From NCBI GenBank assembly GCA_951406725.2, contig OX597814.1, forward strand, positions 159,588,001 to 159,652,000: a stretch of 64,000 nucleotides of DNA, read 5' to 3'. The notes beneath the pieces were generated by a model. That model was not told the origin of the DNA and did no database searches. It worked only from the letters and a program-made list of their open reading frames with translations. The DNA is from Octopus vulgaris (lineage: Eukaryota). Of this stretch, positions 25,226 to 37,804 are shown one piece after another. Made by a program: the position numbers and the translations under genes. Within the stretch, counting starts at the first letter, position 1; every line of letters starts with the position of its first letter.

Positions 25226-25295
25226 CAGTGGTCCCCAAACCTTTTATTTAAATGAATTTTCCTACGGACCCCTTTTAATATGCTTATCCTTATGT

Positions 25296-25361
<66 letters not shown>

Positions 25362-25471
25362 GTGTGTGCGTGCGTGTATATATATTTGAAATTTTGAATT
25401 TAGTTCACGGACCCCTAGCACTACATTTGCGGACCACCAGGGGTCCGCGCACCCTAGGTTGGGAACCACTG
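25226..25471. mobile_element. hAT-type MITE with internal (TG)n
   Basis: TIRs CAGTGGTCCCCAA / TTGGGAACCACTG and a perfect 8-bp TSD AAATACAG (25218-25225, 25472-25479). Confidence 0.9.
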
Positions 25472-25598
25472 AAATACAGAGGTACATTTTACTAACTACT
25501 ACATTGAAAGTCAACAATAATTAAATGTAGTTTATACTAATATAACCATAGAAGATGCGTCAAACCCTAGTTAAAGTTTAACAAGAGGAAAAAGAATG

Positions 25599-25636
<38 letters not shown>

Positions 25637-26307
25637 TGTATGTGTGTGTGCGCGCGACGCATATATATATAAACATATGCATTTATATATATATTGTACC
25701 GTGTGAGTTGTATAATATATATATATTAGAAAAATTGCCCAAGCAGCTTAAAAAGAATGGTGAATTCTGTAATGATAAACGTAACATTTTCAGTCGTTCT
25801 GGAGATGAGGAAAGTTTATCAAATTACTTTCATCTCGGGGGAAGGGAGACTCTGGGAAAGGATTTCTTCAGAGCATGATCAGAAGAAGAATGCCAATTTA
25901 TAAATTAGCTGAGTTGCAGAACGTAGTTATTTTATGTCGCGGAGAGCAAAATGCTTTTGCAATCTCCTGGCTCATTGCTGCAGATCTTGCCTTATTAGCA
26001 TTATAACAGCTTCTGGTGTTGCTATGTCCGCTTTTGTTCGTCAATTAACTTTTTCTAAAGCATATCCGAATTCTGTTTATTTACACAGTTTTTACTGGTA
26101 AAAATTGCAAAAACAGATGTGTTCTTCTCAGCAGATTAAGTCAATAACAAAGATACGACACGTCAGTTTGTGATTGGCTGGAACACTACAAAGAGGCTAT
26201 TTCTTTTAGTTATGTAAAAGAAATCGCATGACATAACAAAGTATTGACATAAAACAAATGTGTTTAAAAGCGAAATAATTCATTACCAATATACACTGCA
26301 ATTCGTA

Positions 26308-26538
26308 AGGCGGCGAGCTGGCAGAAACGTTAACGCGCCAGGCGAAATGCGTAGCCGTATTTCGTCTGTCGTTACGTTCTGAGTTCAAATTCCACCGAAG
26401 TTGACTTTGCCTTTCATCCTTTCGGGGTTGATAAGTAAAGTACCAGTTACGCACTGCGGTCGATATAATCGACTCAATCCCTATGTCTGTCCTTGTTTGT
26501 CCCTTCTATGTTTAGCCCCTTGTGGGCAATAGAGAAAT
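26308..26538 (+). mobile_element. SINE family B copy
   Basis: Near-identical to 17929-18158. Confidence 0.85.
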
Positions 26539-26940
26539 ATATACTCTGCAATTCATCAGTTCAAAACACCTGATGTGGTCGTTGATCAATTAAGAGTAGT
26601 TCAAATCTTAAGCAGATTGCAAACTGCCACAACTATCTTTGTTCATAATAATTTTCAACTTTAATTCTAAATGAAGCAATTTTATAGTAGCAAACATTTT
26701 CCGTAAGAATGTAGGCAATGAGTATCGTTCTCGCCACATTAACAAATTGCTAGATGTAATGCCGTTGCTGATACACAAATCAAAAATGCTGGTGTGAGTT
26801 ATTATCGCTGATACACCTCGAGTGTAGTTATCTTTTTTTTATGTAAGCGATTTGCTAATTTGCATGGCGAATAACCAGTTGTACATGGTTAAGTGTTTAC
26901 TTTCATTGTCTCTCTGTCTGTGGTTTTATCACTCTCTCTT

Positions 26941-26994
<54 letters not shown>

Positions 26995-27165
26995 ACTTGT
27001 TTTGTCTGTCCCCCTATCGTCCCCTCTTTTTCTCAACTTCATGGTTATTAAAGAAATTCTCTCAGTCTCTTTTTCTCTCTCTTTTTCTATCTCTCTCTTT
27101 TACTCTTTCTCTTTCTTTCTCTCTCTCTCTCTTTTTCTCTCTGTCTGTCTGTCTGTCTGTCTGTC

Positions 27166-27228
<63 letters not shown>

Positions 27229-27533
27229 CTTTCTCTCTCTCTCTCTCTCTCTATCTATCTCTTTCTCTCTCTCTCTCTCTCTCTCTCGCTCGTTCGCTTG
27301 ATCGCTCGTTGTGCGCATAATTCACCAGTATCATCAGAAAGACAAGCTACTGTTACTTTCATTAAATGTATCAAAGTATTACAACTTGATTCGGATTGCC
27401 TTGTAAGAACTCACACCGATAATATAAACGATATTACATATCACATCCTCTAAGAACGACTTATTTGAGTTGGTAAAAAAAATTGCACAGAAGCGGCGTA
27501 ATCGAGATAATGTTTAATATGATTTTGTGTATG

Positions 27534-27584
<51 letters not shown>

Positions 27585-27683
27585 AAGAAAGAGAGAGAGA
27601 GTGTGTGTGTTTCTATGTGTGCGTCTGGATGTGCATGCAAGTATGTCCATGTGTGTATGCATATATATACATATATAAATAAA

Positions 27684-27748
<65 letters not shown>

Positions 27749-27757
27749 GTATATGTA

Positions 27758-27820
<63 letters not shown>
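26941..27820. repeat. Cluster of (CA)n, (CT)n, (CTGT)n, (GA)n, (TA)n and (TATC)n microsatellites
   Basis: Read directly. Confidence 0.9.
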
Positions 27821-27845
27821 AATAAAAGTTCAAATAAAGGTTACA

Positions 27846-28257
27846 AGGCGCAGGAGTGGCTGTGGGGTAAGTAGCTTGTTTACCAACCACATGGTTCCGG
27901 GTTCAGTCTCACTGCGTGGCACCTTGGGCAAGTGTCTTCTACTGTAGCCTCGGGCCGACCAAAGCCCTGTGAGTGGATTTGGTAGACGGAAACTGAAAGA
28001 AGCCCGTCGTATATATGTATGTATATATATATATGAGTGTGTGTGTGTCTGTGTTTGTCCCCCTACCATTGCTTGACAACCGATGCTGGTGTGTTTATGT
28101 CCCCGTTACTTAGCGGTTCGGCAATAGAGACCGATAGAATAAGTAAGTACTGGGCTTACAAAAGAATAAGTCCCGGGATCGAGTTGCTCGATTAAAGGCG
28201 GTGCTCCAGCATGGCCGCAGTCAAATGACTGAAACAAGTAAAAGAGTAAAAGAGTAA
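27846..28257 (+). mobile_element. Full-length SINE family C
   Basis: GGCGCAGGAGTGGCTGTG..GGTTCAGTC head, internal (TA)/(TG) tract, tail CCAGCATGGCCGCAGTC...(AAGAGTA)2; minus-strand copy at ~50915-51316. Confidence 0.85.
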
Positions 28258-28386
28258 ACCTCAATAAGGGATAATAAAATCAAAAGTATACACTGGTTTA
28301 TTACCTATTACAAGAAGTGTTGAATATTACAATTAATATTCAACTGTAAGGTAACTGGATACACCGGGATTTATATATATATATTT

Positions 28387-28625
28387 AAGAAAATAAGAAA
28401 ATAGAGTGATAATTAAATTGATTATTATTTATGAATTATAACAAAGGACATCATCTCTGACAGCTGTTACAATTCAAGACTTTTAGAAATTAATTAGAAT
28501 AATTAAAAACACTTTAAAGCTGAATTTCATCGGAGATGACTAAAGATATACCATCAGATTTCCATGTTCCAGTGAGTTGAGTGTACGGCTCCAAACCGTA
28601 TATCTCTCTATTTTCTTATTTTCTT
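28387..28625 (-). mobile_element. Short element with 20-bp terminal inverted repeats and a degenerate hammerhead (28451-28539)
   Basis: AAGAAAATAAGAAAATAGAG / CTCTATTTTCTTATTTTCTT. Minus strand: TCATCT-CCGATGA-AATTC...GAATT-GTAA-CAGCTG-TC-AGAGATGA. Confidence 0.55.
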
Positions 28626-29710
28626 ATATACATGTATATATAATAATTACGTGTAAAGTACATGTTATCATTTGAATATGATTCATTAATCGCATTTGAA
28701 CAATCAGACGAATTTGACGTGTGTAAGAAACTTTAAGTAATGAATGAGTGAATCGTTCTCTCAATACATAAATTATGCAGTTTGTACTAAGTACTGTTCT
28801 CTTGTACATTTAAATATATGTACGTATGAGCGTATGCATTTATGTGTGTGTTTGTGTGTATTTATGCATTTCTTTACAGACGTAAGAAAAAAGGAAAAGC
28901 TGATCTTAACGTTATTGTTATTCAAACCGCTCTATATTTGTATGAAGGTAGGAAACATCCTACTAAATTTAGAATGCTACAGGATATATTGATGACAACT
29001 TTATGGAAAATGGTGGATTAAACCAGGTTACTGTTTCTTCCCGACTCTAAATGAAGATGCTTCTAATATACTTTTTGATAAATCTTCTTGATATTTCTTC
29101 TTCTCTCTGTCTCTCTTATTCGCGTTCTGTCTGAGTATGCTTTTGCAATCTGTTGGCTCATTGCTACGGATATTGCCTTATTAGAAAATACACACACGTA
29201 AGTGTGTGTATCTGTATGTGTGTTCGTGTATACGTGTATGCGAACCTGTGATCGTGACTGCGTTCGTGCTTGCCCGTGTAAAGCAGGACATTGCTTAAAA
29301 TGTTTAACCCCATGATCCATTAAATGTAGATTGATAAATATTACTAGACTAAAATAAGTGGTGAGTTACATATGATCGAGTAAAGAGTACAGGGCACCAG
29401 TCTGACGACAGTTCAATGATTGAAGCCAATGAAAGAATAGAAAAAGAAAGTAGCAAATATACAAATATAGCAGAATAAAAAATATAAGACAATTCACTCG
29501 ATAACTCGAATTTATTTGTATGCAATTCACATTACAAAGATTTGTTGTATCCTTCTTAACAAATGAAAGCGTTTTCACACCAACGTCCTTTCTATCAATA
29601 TTATTGTTACTATTACACTGTTCATCAAGTATCAAAGCTATTTTTTGTTGTTCATCACGATGTTACTGCCTATTATATCTGCAAAAATTATTCAGAGTTA
29701 TAGAGTAATT

Positions 29711-29716
29711 TTTATT
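29711..29716 (-). terminator. Candidate poly(A) signal of reflectin gene 2 (alternative at 29511-29516)
   Basis: AATAAA on the minus strand ~95 nt after the stop codon. Confidence 0.4.
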
Positions 29717-29810
29717 AGTTATGATCTGCTTTACGTATTGAATTCAGAGTAATTTTCAAACGAGAAAACGACTGCCATCAACAACAGTTGGTCGATAAAT
29801 GGCACTATGT

Positions 29811-31280
29811 TTAATAGTTGTAATTATCCCAAGAAGAGTAGAAATTCTGACCATCCATCCAACGGCCATCGAAATCCATTTGATTATTGAACATATCAAA
29901 GTTTCTTTCTGGATAGTCGTAATACCTCTGTCCCCAGTTGTAGTTGTAGTAGTTTGGGTAAGAGTTGTAATAGTGCCTGTTATGGTAGTTATAGCCATGG
30001 AAATTACGGCCATAATTATCCATCCAACGGCCTTCAAAATCCATCTGATAATTTCCCATATCAAAGTATCTCTCTGGGTAGTTGTAATATCTTTGGCCCC
30101 AGCTGTAGTTATAGTAAGGATAGTTATGGTGGTATCTGCCATGGTAGTTGTAGAAGGGGCTAGAATAACGGCCATAATTATCCATCCAACGTCCTTCAAA
30201 ATCCATCTGGTAGTTTCCCATATCAAAATATCTTTCTGGGTAGTTGTAATATCTTTGGCCCCAGCTGTAGTTATAGTAAGGATAGTTATGCTGGAATTTG
30301 CCATGATAACTGTTGAAGGGGCTAGAATAACGGCCATAATTATCCATCCAGCGTCCATCAAAATCCATCTGGTAGTTTCCCATGTCGAAATATCTCTCTG
30401 GGTTGTTGTAGTATCTTTGGCCCCAGCTGTAGCTATGATAAGGGGAGTTATGTTGGAATCTACCGTGGTAGTTATAGAAAGGTGTGCAATGACGGCTATA
30501 CGTATCCATCCAACGACCATCAAAATCCATTTGATAGTTTCCCATATCAAAATATCTCTCTGGGTAGTTGTAATACCTTTGGCCCCAGCTATAGTTATAA
30601 TAAGGGTAGTTATGGTAGTATCTGCCATGATAACTGTAGAAGGGGCTAGAGTGACGACCATAATTATCCATCCAGCGGCCATTCATGTCCATCTGATAAC
30701 CAGACATATCCATGAATCTCTCGGGATAGTACATATGAAGGAAATTCATAAATGGACAATTCATATAACGCCTGTAATAGTTGTAATAAGGGCTACAGTG
30801 ACGTCCATATCTGTCCATGTATCGGCCATTCATGTCCATTTGGTAGTGGGACATGTCCATGAATCTCTCAGGATAGAACCAGTTGCGACCATAGTGGTAG
30901 CCGGGGTAGTAACCATGTCTTGAAGAGTTGAACATCTGCCAGTGGGGGCTGGAGTAGTGTCCTTGCATGTCCATCCATCTTCCATACATGTCCATCTGAT
31001 AACCGGACATATCCATAAACCTCTCAGGGAAGTCCATGAAATTACCATATCTATGGAACCTATCGTTATCATAGAAACCGTAATAGTTGTACATAGATCT
31101 ACCATAATATCTATCATTATCAGAATATCTGCCATAGAAGCTGTAGCATCTGGGATCTACCATTCTTCCATAAGAATCCATGTATCTGCCTTGGAAGTCC
31201 ATGGTCATTCTGGACATTGGTTCCATGATACCACGGTATCTTCTGCTGAAATTATTTCTTCTGCTCATGTATCTGTTCAT
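29811..31280 (-). CDS. REF: Reflectin (489 aa; canonical MNRYM start, N-terminal motif plus 8 reflectin motifs)
   Basis: MNRYM...MEPMSRMTMDFQGRYMDSYGRMVDPR; eight PERxxDMxxxQMDxxGRxMD motifs; tandem 54-aa units. Confidence 0.98.
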   Translation of the reverse strand: MNRYMSRRNNFSRRYRGIMEPMSRMTMDFQGRYMDSYGRMVDPRCYSFYGRYSDNDRYYGRSMYNYYGFYDNDRFHRYGNFMDFPERFMDMSGYQMDMYGRWMDMQGHYSSPHWQMFNSSRHGYYPGYHYGRNWFYPERFMDMSHYQMDMNGRYMDRYGRHCSPYYNYYRRYMNCPFMNFLHMYYPERFMDMSGYQMDMNGRWMDNYGRHSSPFYSYHGRYYHNYPYYNYSWGQRYYNYPERYFDMGNYQMDFDGRWMDTYSRHCTPFYNYHGRFQHNSPYHSYSWGQRYYNNPERYFDMGNYQMDFDGRWMDNYGRYSSPFNSYHGKFQHNYPYYNYSWGQRYYNYPERYFDMGNYQMDFEGRWMDNYGRYSSPFYNYHGRYHHNYPYYNYSWGQRYYNYPERYFDMGNYQMDFEGRWMDNYGRNFHGYNYHNRHYYNSYPNYYNYNWGQRYYDYPERNFDMFNNQMDFDGRWMDGQNFYSSWDNYNY

Positions 31281-32809
31281 ACTGGATATTAGTAGTGATC
31301 TGAAATATATATAAAAAAAGATGTTTCAATAATGGAAAAAAGTTAATTTTACAAACTAATGAAATAATAACTATACAATAAATGTTTGTATCACATACTT
31401 GACTAGTCGTAATTAACAGCTTACCTAAAATATATTAACCCTATTAATTTGCTGAAATTTTTTAATATAATAGATAAATAAATACTGGGATTGATTTTCA
31501 AGCTCTTTCTAAAGTTAACAGCTAAAGAAATGTAATTAAAAGTATTATAGTCGAAAACTGAAACGAGATTGTTCACTGATTGATGTTCATTGTATTATAA
31601 AGTGAGAAATATTTCATGAATGCCAAACTCGAATTAAATAGCATACAAAACTGACATTATATTCAGAAAAGCATTTGGTTTTTCTACATCATGGTTTGAA
31701 AGCTTACGAAAGCTACAATTTAACTATACTGTGAGACTAACTTAAACGTTAAATCGTCCCTTACAAGTAAAATTAATATATTTTACATTTAAAGGATTCA
31801 ATCACGAAGCTTTCGTTATATGAATAGAGTTTGGAATATATAACAACAACTATCTAGAATAACAGTCGCAATTTATAGAAGGAAAGTTATGTTGCATTAG
31901 TATTTTCATATACTACATATTTTCATGTACTTCTTCTTCAAATGCTCATGTAAACATATAAAAAATACGTTTATAAGTAATTACGTCTTGGACTGGTTTC
32001 TTGCTTATTAAGAACAGAATTTGTTATTTCACAGTGTTCACTCGAGATAACTAAGAATCAAGATAACTAAGACGAGATAAGATTAAAATTGTGATTCGTG
32101 AATAATTGAATATTTTTGTTGTTTTATGTTATTAAGAGCACAGTGATTCTAGAATTCTACTCAAGGCCTTCTCATTTCTCATAATGTTGTCACTTGTCAA
32201 TTTTTTACTAATAAGCGGCTGAACGAATGCTTATTGTCTTAACTACAAATAACTCCTGGAGTTTCATGCTAATTTAGACAAAAGTTTCTCTGAGCTATTG
32301 TTGTCTATTGCCTACCCAGAGAAAAATTCTCCTAAAACCACAGCCTAAACACTTGTGGAAAGAGAGAACCCATTAGGTAAAGCAGTTCGACATACAGGTC
32401 ATGAATAGAATTCCTTTGATCATTGGTACAAAATATCAACAATAGCAACAACAATAACAACAAACGAATTCTGTACTTAAAAGACAGAATATATGAATTA
32501 GTAATATACTGCTATTTATGTCATCAACCATGAAGAAACGATCCAAAAGAGAGCTTCTGTATTATTACCCGCCCAGTTAAAATGACAACTAAACTTTCCC
32601 CAAACACCCCTTACCATCTCATTAGAAGATACATTAGCTAATGTCACCAAAAGTATTATAGGTGTATCTACTTATCAGGGCTTATGTGGGACCGAAACAA
32701 CAAAAGAACGGTCGCCCTCAAGAAAAAAAAAAAAAAACGGGATGAAAAATAAACACTACATCAATAAGACAACGTAATGGACTTAGAACTTATAGAAACC
32801 CCAGGAATC

Positions 32810-33295
32810 ATAAAGCCAGAACACCGCCTAGGTTCCATGGCATATAATTGAATAAGGTTGCAATATTCTTTCCTGAACGGAATACCGGTCCATCGCAGGA
32901 TTAACTTCCAAACTATTGTTGGAACTTATTTACAGCTGAGTGGACAGGAGCAGCGTGAAAGGAAGTGTTTTACTCAAGAGCACAATGCATTGCATACTCC
33001 AGGAATCGAAACCACAATTTTCTTTTCTACTCTAGGCACAAGGGTCGAAATTTTTAGGGAGAGGTCAGTCGATTAGATCGACCCCAGTACGCAACTGGTA
33101 CTTAATTTATCGATCCCGGAAGGATGAAAGGGAAAATCGACCTCGGCGGAATTTGAACTCAGAACGTAACGGCAGACGAAATACCGCTAAGCATTTCGCC
33201 CGGCGTGCTAACGTTTCTGCCAGCTCGCCGCCTTATCGAAACCACAATTTTACGATCGTGCATGTAATACTCTATCCTGTAGGCCACGTGCCTTC
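32810..33295 (-). mobile_element. Old SINE family D copy with a nested young SINE family B insertion (33022-33234)
   Basis: 17-bp TSD ATCGAAACCACAATTTT at 33005-33021 and 33235-33251. Confidence 0.8.
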
Positions 33296-34304
33296 ATTAA
33301 AGTAAATGTATGACCTTAAATAAAGCAAGAGGGGAAAGCTATAGTAGATTTTGATCAAGCCTAGTACTTTTTTAGATACACATTTTATGAAACCTATCCA
33401 GTTTTCTCAGGATTAAAATTCTGTGTTTCTGCCATTCCACTGCATAGATGTGTTGTGGAAACATTGATGAAACAATAACGTCCTAGTAAAATACAAGGGT
33501 TTCGTTATGTCATAGGGTGTTTAATCGTACAGTTCTTATATTTGGCCGAAGTAACAGATCGCATTCGGTTAACACAGAAAAATCAGTATAGATTTAGTAG
33601 AAACATCATTTTACCACAATATGTAGAATACAATATATATAATTACACAACATATATTACATTTTCAACAAAAAATACTTTCTGTTTATGATATTTCTTT
33701 ATCAAATGAAACTACAAATAGATGAATGAAAAAATGTAAATCATGACGAAACTGAATGCTTTAAAAGTAAAAAAAGATATATAAATATTATTGAAATTAC
33801 AACAATGTAGTATTTAGATTTTGGAGGAATCAAAATTGATTTCAAGAATCAAATGCCTCAATGGTATCTTTGGTTTACATAGTACCATGTTCCTTAGACA
33901 TCAAAGACGCTTTAATATTATGACTGTTAGAATATGGTTTTTAACACCAAGTACAAAGTGAAAATATTTTGTATTTACTGGTATATGGACCATTTGCATA
34001 AATATGCAAATATTCATTCAATATGTGAACCATCTTATGAATAATTGGCAATTTTTAAAGGACCTTATTAGAAATATAGTTTTAAAAAATATTCAAATAG
34101 CAGTATCAGAATGTGTATTGGCATTGAAATTCAAACATTATTCCTCGACTGTTACTCAGTTGGTTCAATACAATTTATAATTAGTTAAACAAGAGATGCC
34201 CTAATTCAAGAATTAAAACTTTTTAGCAATATATATAAAAATAAATAAATGAAACAAAATTTGTGGAGAAAAAAATTGAAGAATTGCTTTTAAAACAAAC
34301 TCAC

Positions 34305-34365
34305 AGACTGAAGAACAACCTTAGCTTCTGCTTACGCTAGTAGGACAGAGATGTGGTTCTCAACT
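34305..34365 (-). other. Predicted non-coding exon 1 (5' UTR) of reflectin gene 2; intron 31300-34304
   Basis: Starts at the TCAGTT initiator, is ATG-free and ends at donor TCT|GTGAGT. Acceptor TTTTTTTATATATATTTCAG| lies 19 nt before the ATG. Confidence 0.65.
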
Positions 34366-34400
34366 GAGACAAACTTTCTAACTTACAATCCCTTTATATA
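34362..34400 (-). promoter_or_regulatory. Candidate core promoter of reflectin gene 2 (TATA plus Inr)
   Basis: TATATAAAGGG at 34400-34390 and a consensus Inr TCAGTT (A at 34365) ~33 nt downstream. Confidence 0.7.
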
Positions 34401-34799
34401 GGAATTAGTAAAAAGCGGACAGCTGGTTATTTCAACAGGAATTATTTTTAGTAAGGAGAAAATTAATTTGATGAAACAATCAACAAATAATGACAAGAAT
34501 TTAATCTTTAATTAATTGTTTTTGGAATTCCTTATTCAATGTCTTTTAATTAACATAGCTGTTAATACATGGCTTTGAAGTTTGATGGACATATGAATAA
34601 TATGATTGGTTACTATAGTCTTTTCATCTGAAATCATTTACACCACATCATTGCGCGGGATGCAGAATTGATTATCTTTCTAAAAAAACAAAATGTTTCT
34701 TCTACAATTTTGCTTTCTCCTCAGCAAATATTCAGTGTCATAATAATAGAGTAATATAAGGCAATTATAGCCATCTTACATAATCAGCACCACTTTTTA

Positions 34800-35455
34800 A
34801 ATATTGGTTTCAAATTTTGGCGCAAGGCCAGCAGTTTCGGGAAAGAGGTTAAGCCGGTTACATTGATCTCAATGCTCGACTGGTACTTATTTTATCGACC
34901 TCGAAAGGATGAAAGGTGAATTTGACCTCAGAACATGTGGATGGACGAAATGCGATTAAGCATTTTGTCCGGTGCGATAACGATTCTGCCAGTTCACTGC
35001 CTCAAACGCACCTTCTCAAATTGCTCCGAATATTAAGATATTTTTCATGTAAGATAATCACCACGTTCAATATTACAAAATTTTCAAAAATATGATGCAC
35101 ATTCTATGATATATAGTGAAATCCCAAATAATAAATAATCCTTATTCTCACAAGGAAAACTGGCGCTTTTCATATCCCCCACCCACCAAAAGTAAAAAAA
35201 AAAGCAGGTGTGACAAATTAAACGTAATGAAAAAGTTTGATTTCAAATTTTGGAACAAGGCCAGCAAGTCCTAGGGAGAGGGTAAGTTGAACTCATCAAC
35301 CCTAGCAGTCGAATAGTACTTATTTTATCGACCCAAAAAGACGAAAGAGAAAGATGACTTGGGTGGAGTTTGAACTCCCACCAAAAAAGAGATGAAAGAA
35401 ATGCCAGAGTGCATTTATTGTCCGGCATTCTTAACGATTCCGGCAGCTTGCAGTC
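34800..35455 (-). mobile_element. Two decayed SINE family B copies
   Basis: Reverse complement of the family B core and head. Confidence 0.65.
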
Positions 35456-36819
35456 TTCTACAACGAAAGGAACAATAAATTACTTTTCTCCCACTAAGGA
35501 AAATGTTTTTATTAATCTGAAAAACAGAAACTACATTCCCAACTATTATGCTCCCTTCTGAAATGGTTATTCATAACCATTGTATTTCATTCTAGACTGG
35601 TGAGATAGATGAAAGATCATGTTCTGCTTAAACTCTTAAGTCGACATTTACATGCAAAAAAAAAAAAAAAAAAACATCAGAAGGGTGACTTACAGATTTC
35701 AGTATGTGAAGGTGAGTGTTTTTAATGGGAAAACTGACAAGATAAATCATGGGGAAAGACTAAAATAACCATATACAAAGAGTAGGACTAAATTAAAATT
35801 TTTGTGCATATCATAACACATTCAAGTATTTGGCTCATTTATAATGATTACAATTTCTGATCGAAAAGATTTGATATTCGGGAATTTGTTCTAACCAACA
35901 CTAGGATCAATCAAATTTTCAGTACTTCAAACACTGGATATATGCTTTTTTTTTCTTAGTTTGGTGGAGCATCAGAAATATGAAGTTGGAAAATGTTGAT
36001 ACAAATTTTCTAGGTTACTATGTTGCTGTAACCAGGCTCATTCAATACTGTTTATGCGTAACCGACATAATTTCTAGTATGTTTTTAGTTAGGCATATTG
36101 GTCTGCTTAAAGCAGCACGCGAAGATAGTATTGAAAAAATTCCTCGATTCAGCTCTTTTAATGAACCTTTCTAAATATGCTACCTTCATCTGTAATGAAG
36201 TATGATGCCCTTGTTTATTTTTTTATCCTCTTTTACGTGTTACATTTTAAGAATATTGATAAGATTATGTCTAGAGAGAGTTTCGCTTTTGCATTCGTTT
36301 GAAAGATTCTTGCTTTGAATTCGTGTGATGAGATTATGGCGACTTAGAATTTACTGAATTTGTTTCAAATTGCGAACAAAGGTTGTTTTCTTGGGTGGAT
36401 CAATCTTAAATGATTGGTTCTGCCCGATAAGTCGCACTTCTTTTTCTCACGTTGAATAAATTTATTCCACTGTTTAACAGTTTATAACTACTGACACAGA
36501 CCACCAATATCTTCTTACAATCCTAATACTTATTTCAATTTTGAGAGGCGAATTTTAGCATATAAATGCTCAAAATTTTGGAGATACATCAGAAAAGACG
36601 CTTTGGGATATTTCTTCCGACATTTTACATACTGAATTCAAATCTCACCAAAGCCAAGGTTGGATTTTATCCTTTCGCGATAAAATAAAGTACACGTCAT
36701 TTACGCATGTACTTATGTCGATGCAATCGACTCACATTCCCCAGCAAACGTCCGGGCTTGTATCTGTAGTAAAAATAAGATTTGGGAATGATATACCTGC
36801 GCAGTTCATTGTTATATAT

Positions 36820-37032
36820 TGGTCTTAAATTTTGGCACAAGGTCAGCAATTTGGTGGCAGGGGGTAAGTCGATTATATCGGCCCCAGTGTTCGAATGGTA
36901 GTTATTTTGTTGACCTCGAAAGGATGGAAGGCAAAGTCAACCTCGGCGGAATTTGAATCCAGAACGTATAAACGGATGAAATGCCGCTAAGCATCTTTCC
37001 CGGCGTGCTAACGATTCTGCCAGATCGCCGCC

Positions 37033-37034
<2 letters not shown>
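36820..37034 (-). mobile_element. SINE family B copy
   Basis: Ends ...GATTCTGCCAGATCGCCGCCTT, the reverse complement of the head. Confidence 0.75.
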
Positions 37035-37081
<47 letters not shown>

Positions 37082-37097
37082 TGATAATAATAATAAT

Positions 37098-37247
37098 GCA
37101 AGTGTATGTAACATACAGAAAATAACACTACTAGGCACCGCACACATCCTACATAAAACACTTTCAATACAGTGAAAATAAGAATACCCAAGACATATAG
37201 AGCTGTTCTCGCTAGTGCAGTGAAAGTACGTGACAAAAACAAGCCTA

Positions 37248-37250
<3 letters not shown>
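37098..37250 (+). mobile_element. 5'-truncated 3' end of an R4/Dong-like LINE within (AAT)n
   Basis: NIQKITLLGTAHILHKTL* matches the C-terminus IQKTALLGTALILRRV of the element at 37805-40003; (AAT)n on both sides. Confidence 0.65.
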
Positions 37251-37321
<71 letters not shown>

Positions 37322-37804
37322 GATTGTCTTAACTGGTACATCACACGTATTGAGAAGAGCATTGTCGATGTGAGAACTGTTGCTGCTCATGTATTTTAAT
37401 TTAACTTAAAAAAAAAAAAAATGAACGAACTACTGAGTTTGGTTTAATGGCCTACCAATGTATACTATGAGTTTCTTTGCCCTAGGAGTCGGGAAGACAC
37501 TCGGCAAGAAATGGAAGCAAATTTGAAAGAAGAAAAAAAAAGTAATAATAATAATAATAATAATAATAATGATAAAAATAATATATATTTATTATTATAT
37601 TTATTATTTATATTTATATTATTATAAATTATATTTATCTTGATATGAGATCACCATGTCGCGCACATATGGTTGTGATGCATGTGCCTAGTGTACCCTT
37701 ATAAGACGGGTAGTCTTGATGGGTATACTGGGCTTCGTATATTTTACCCCAGTGTCACTTTGATGGCAAGCACTGCTCTCTCACTTAATAATAATAATAA
37801 AAAA

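Noticed and set aside
29799-30923. 374-aa plus-strand ORF (and similar ORFs at 62784-63554 +, 13678-14142 -, 29756-30682 -) as overlapping genes
   Set aside because: These are shadows of reflectin. Codon-aligned antisense stops require TTA, CTA or TCA codons, which Leu-poor reflectins rarely use, and the products are repetitive V/I/H/T strings.
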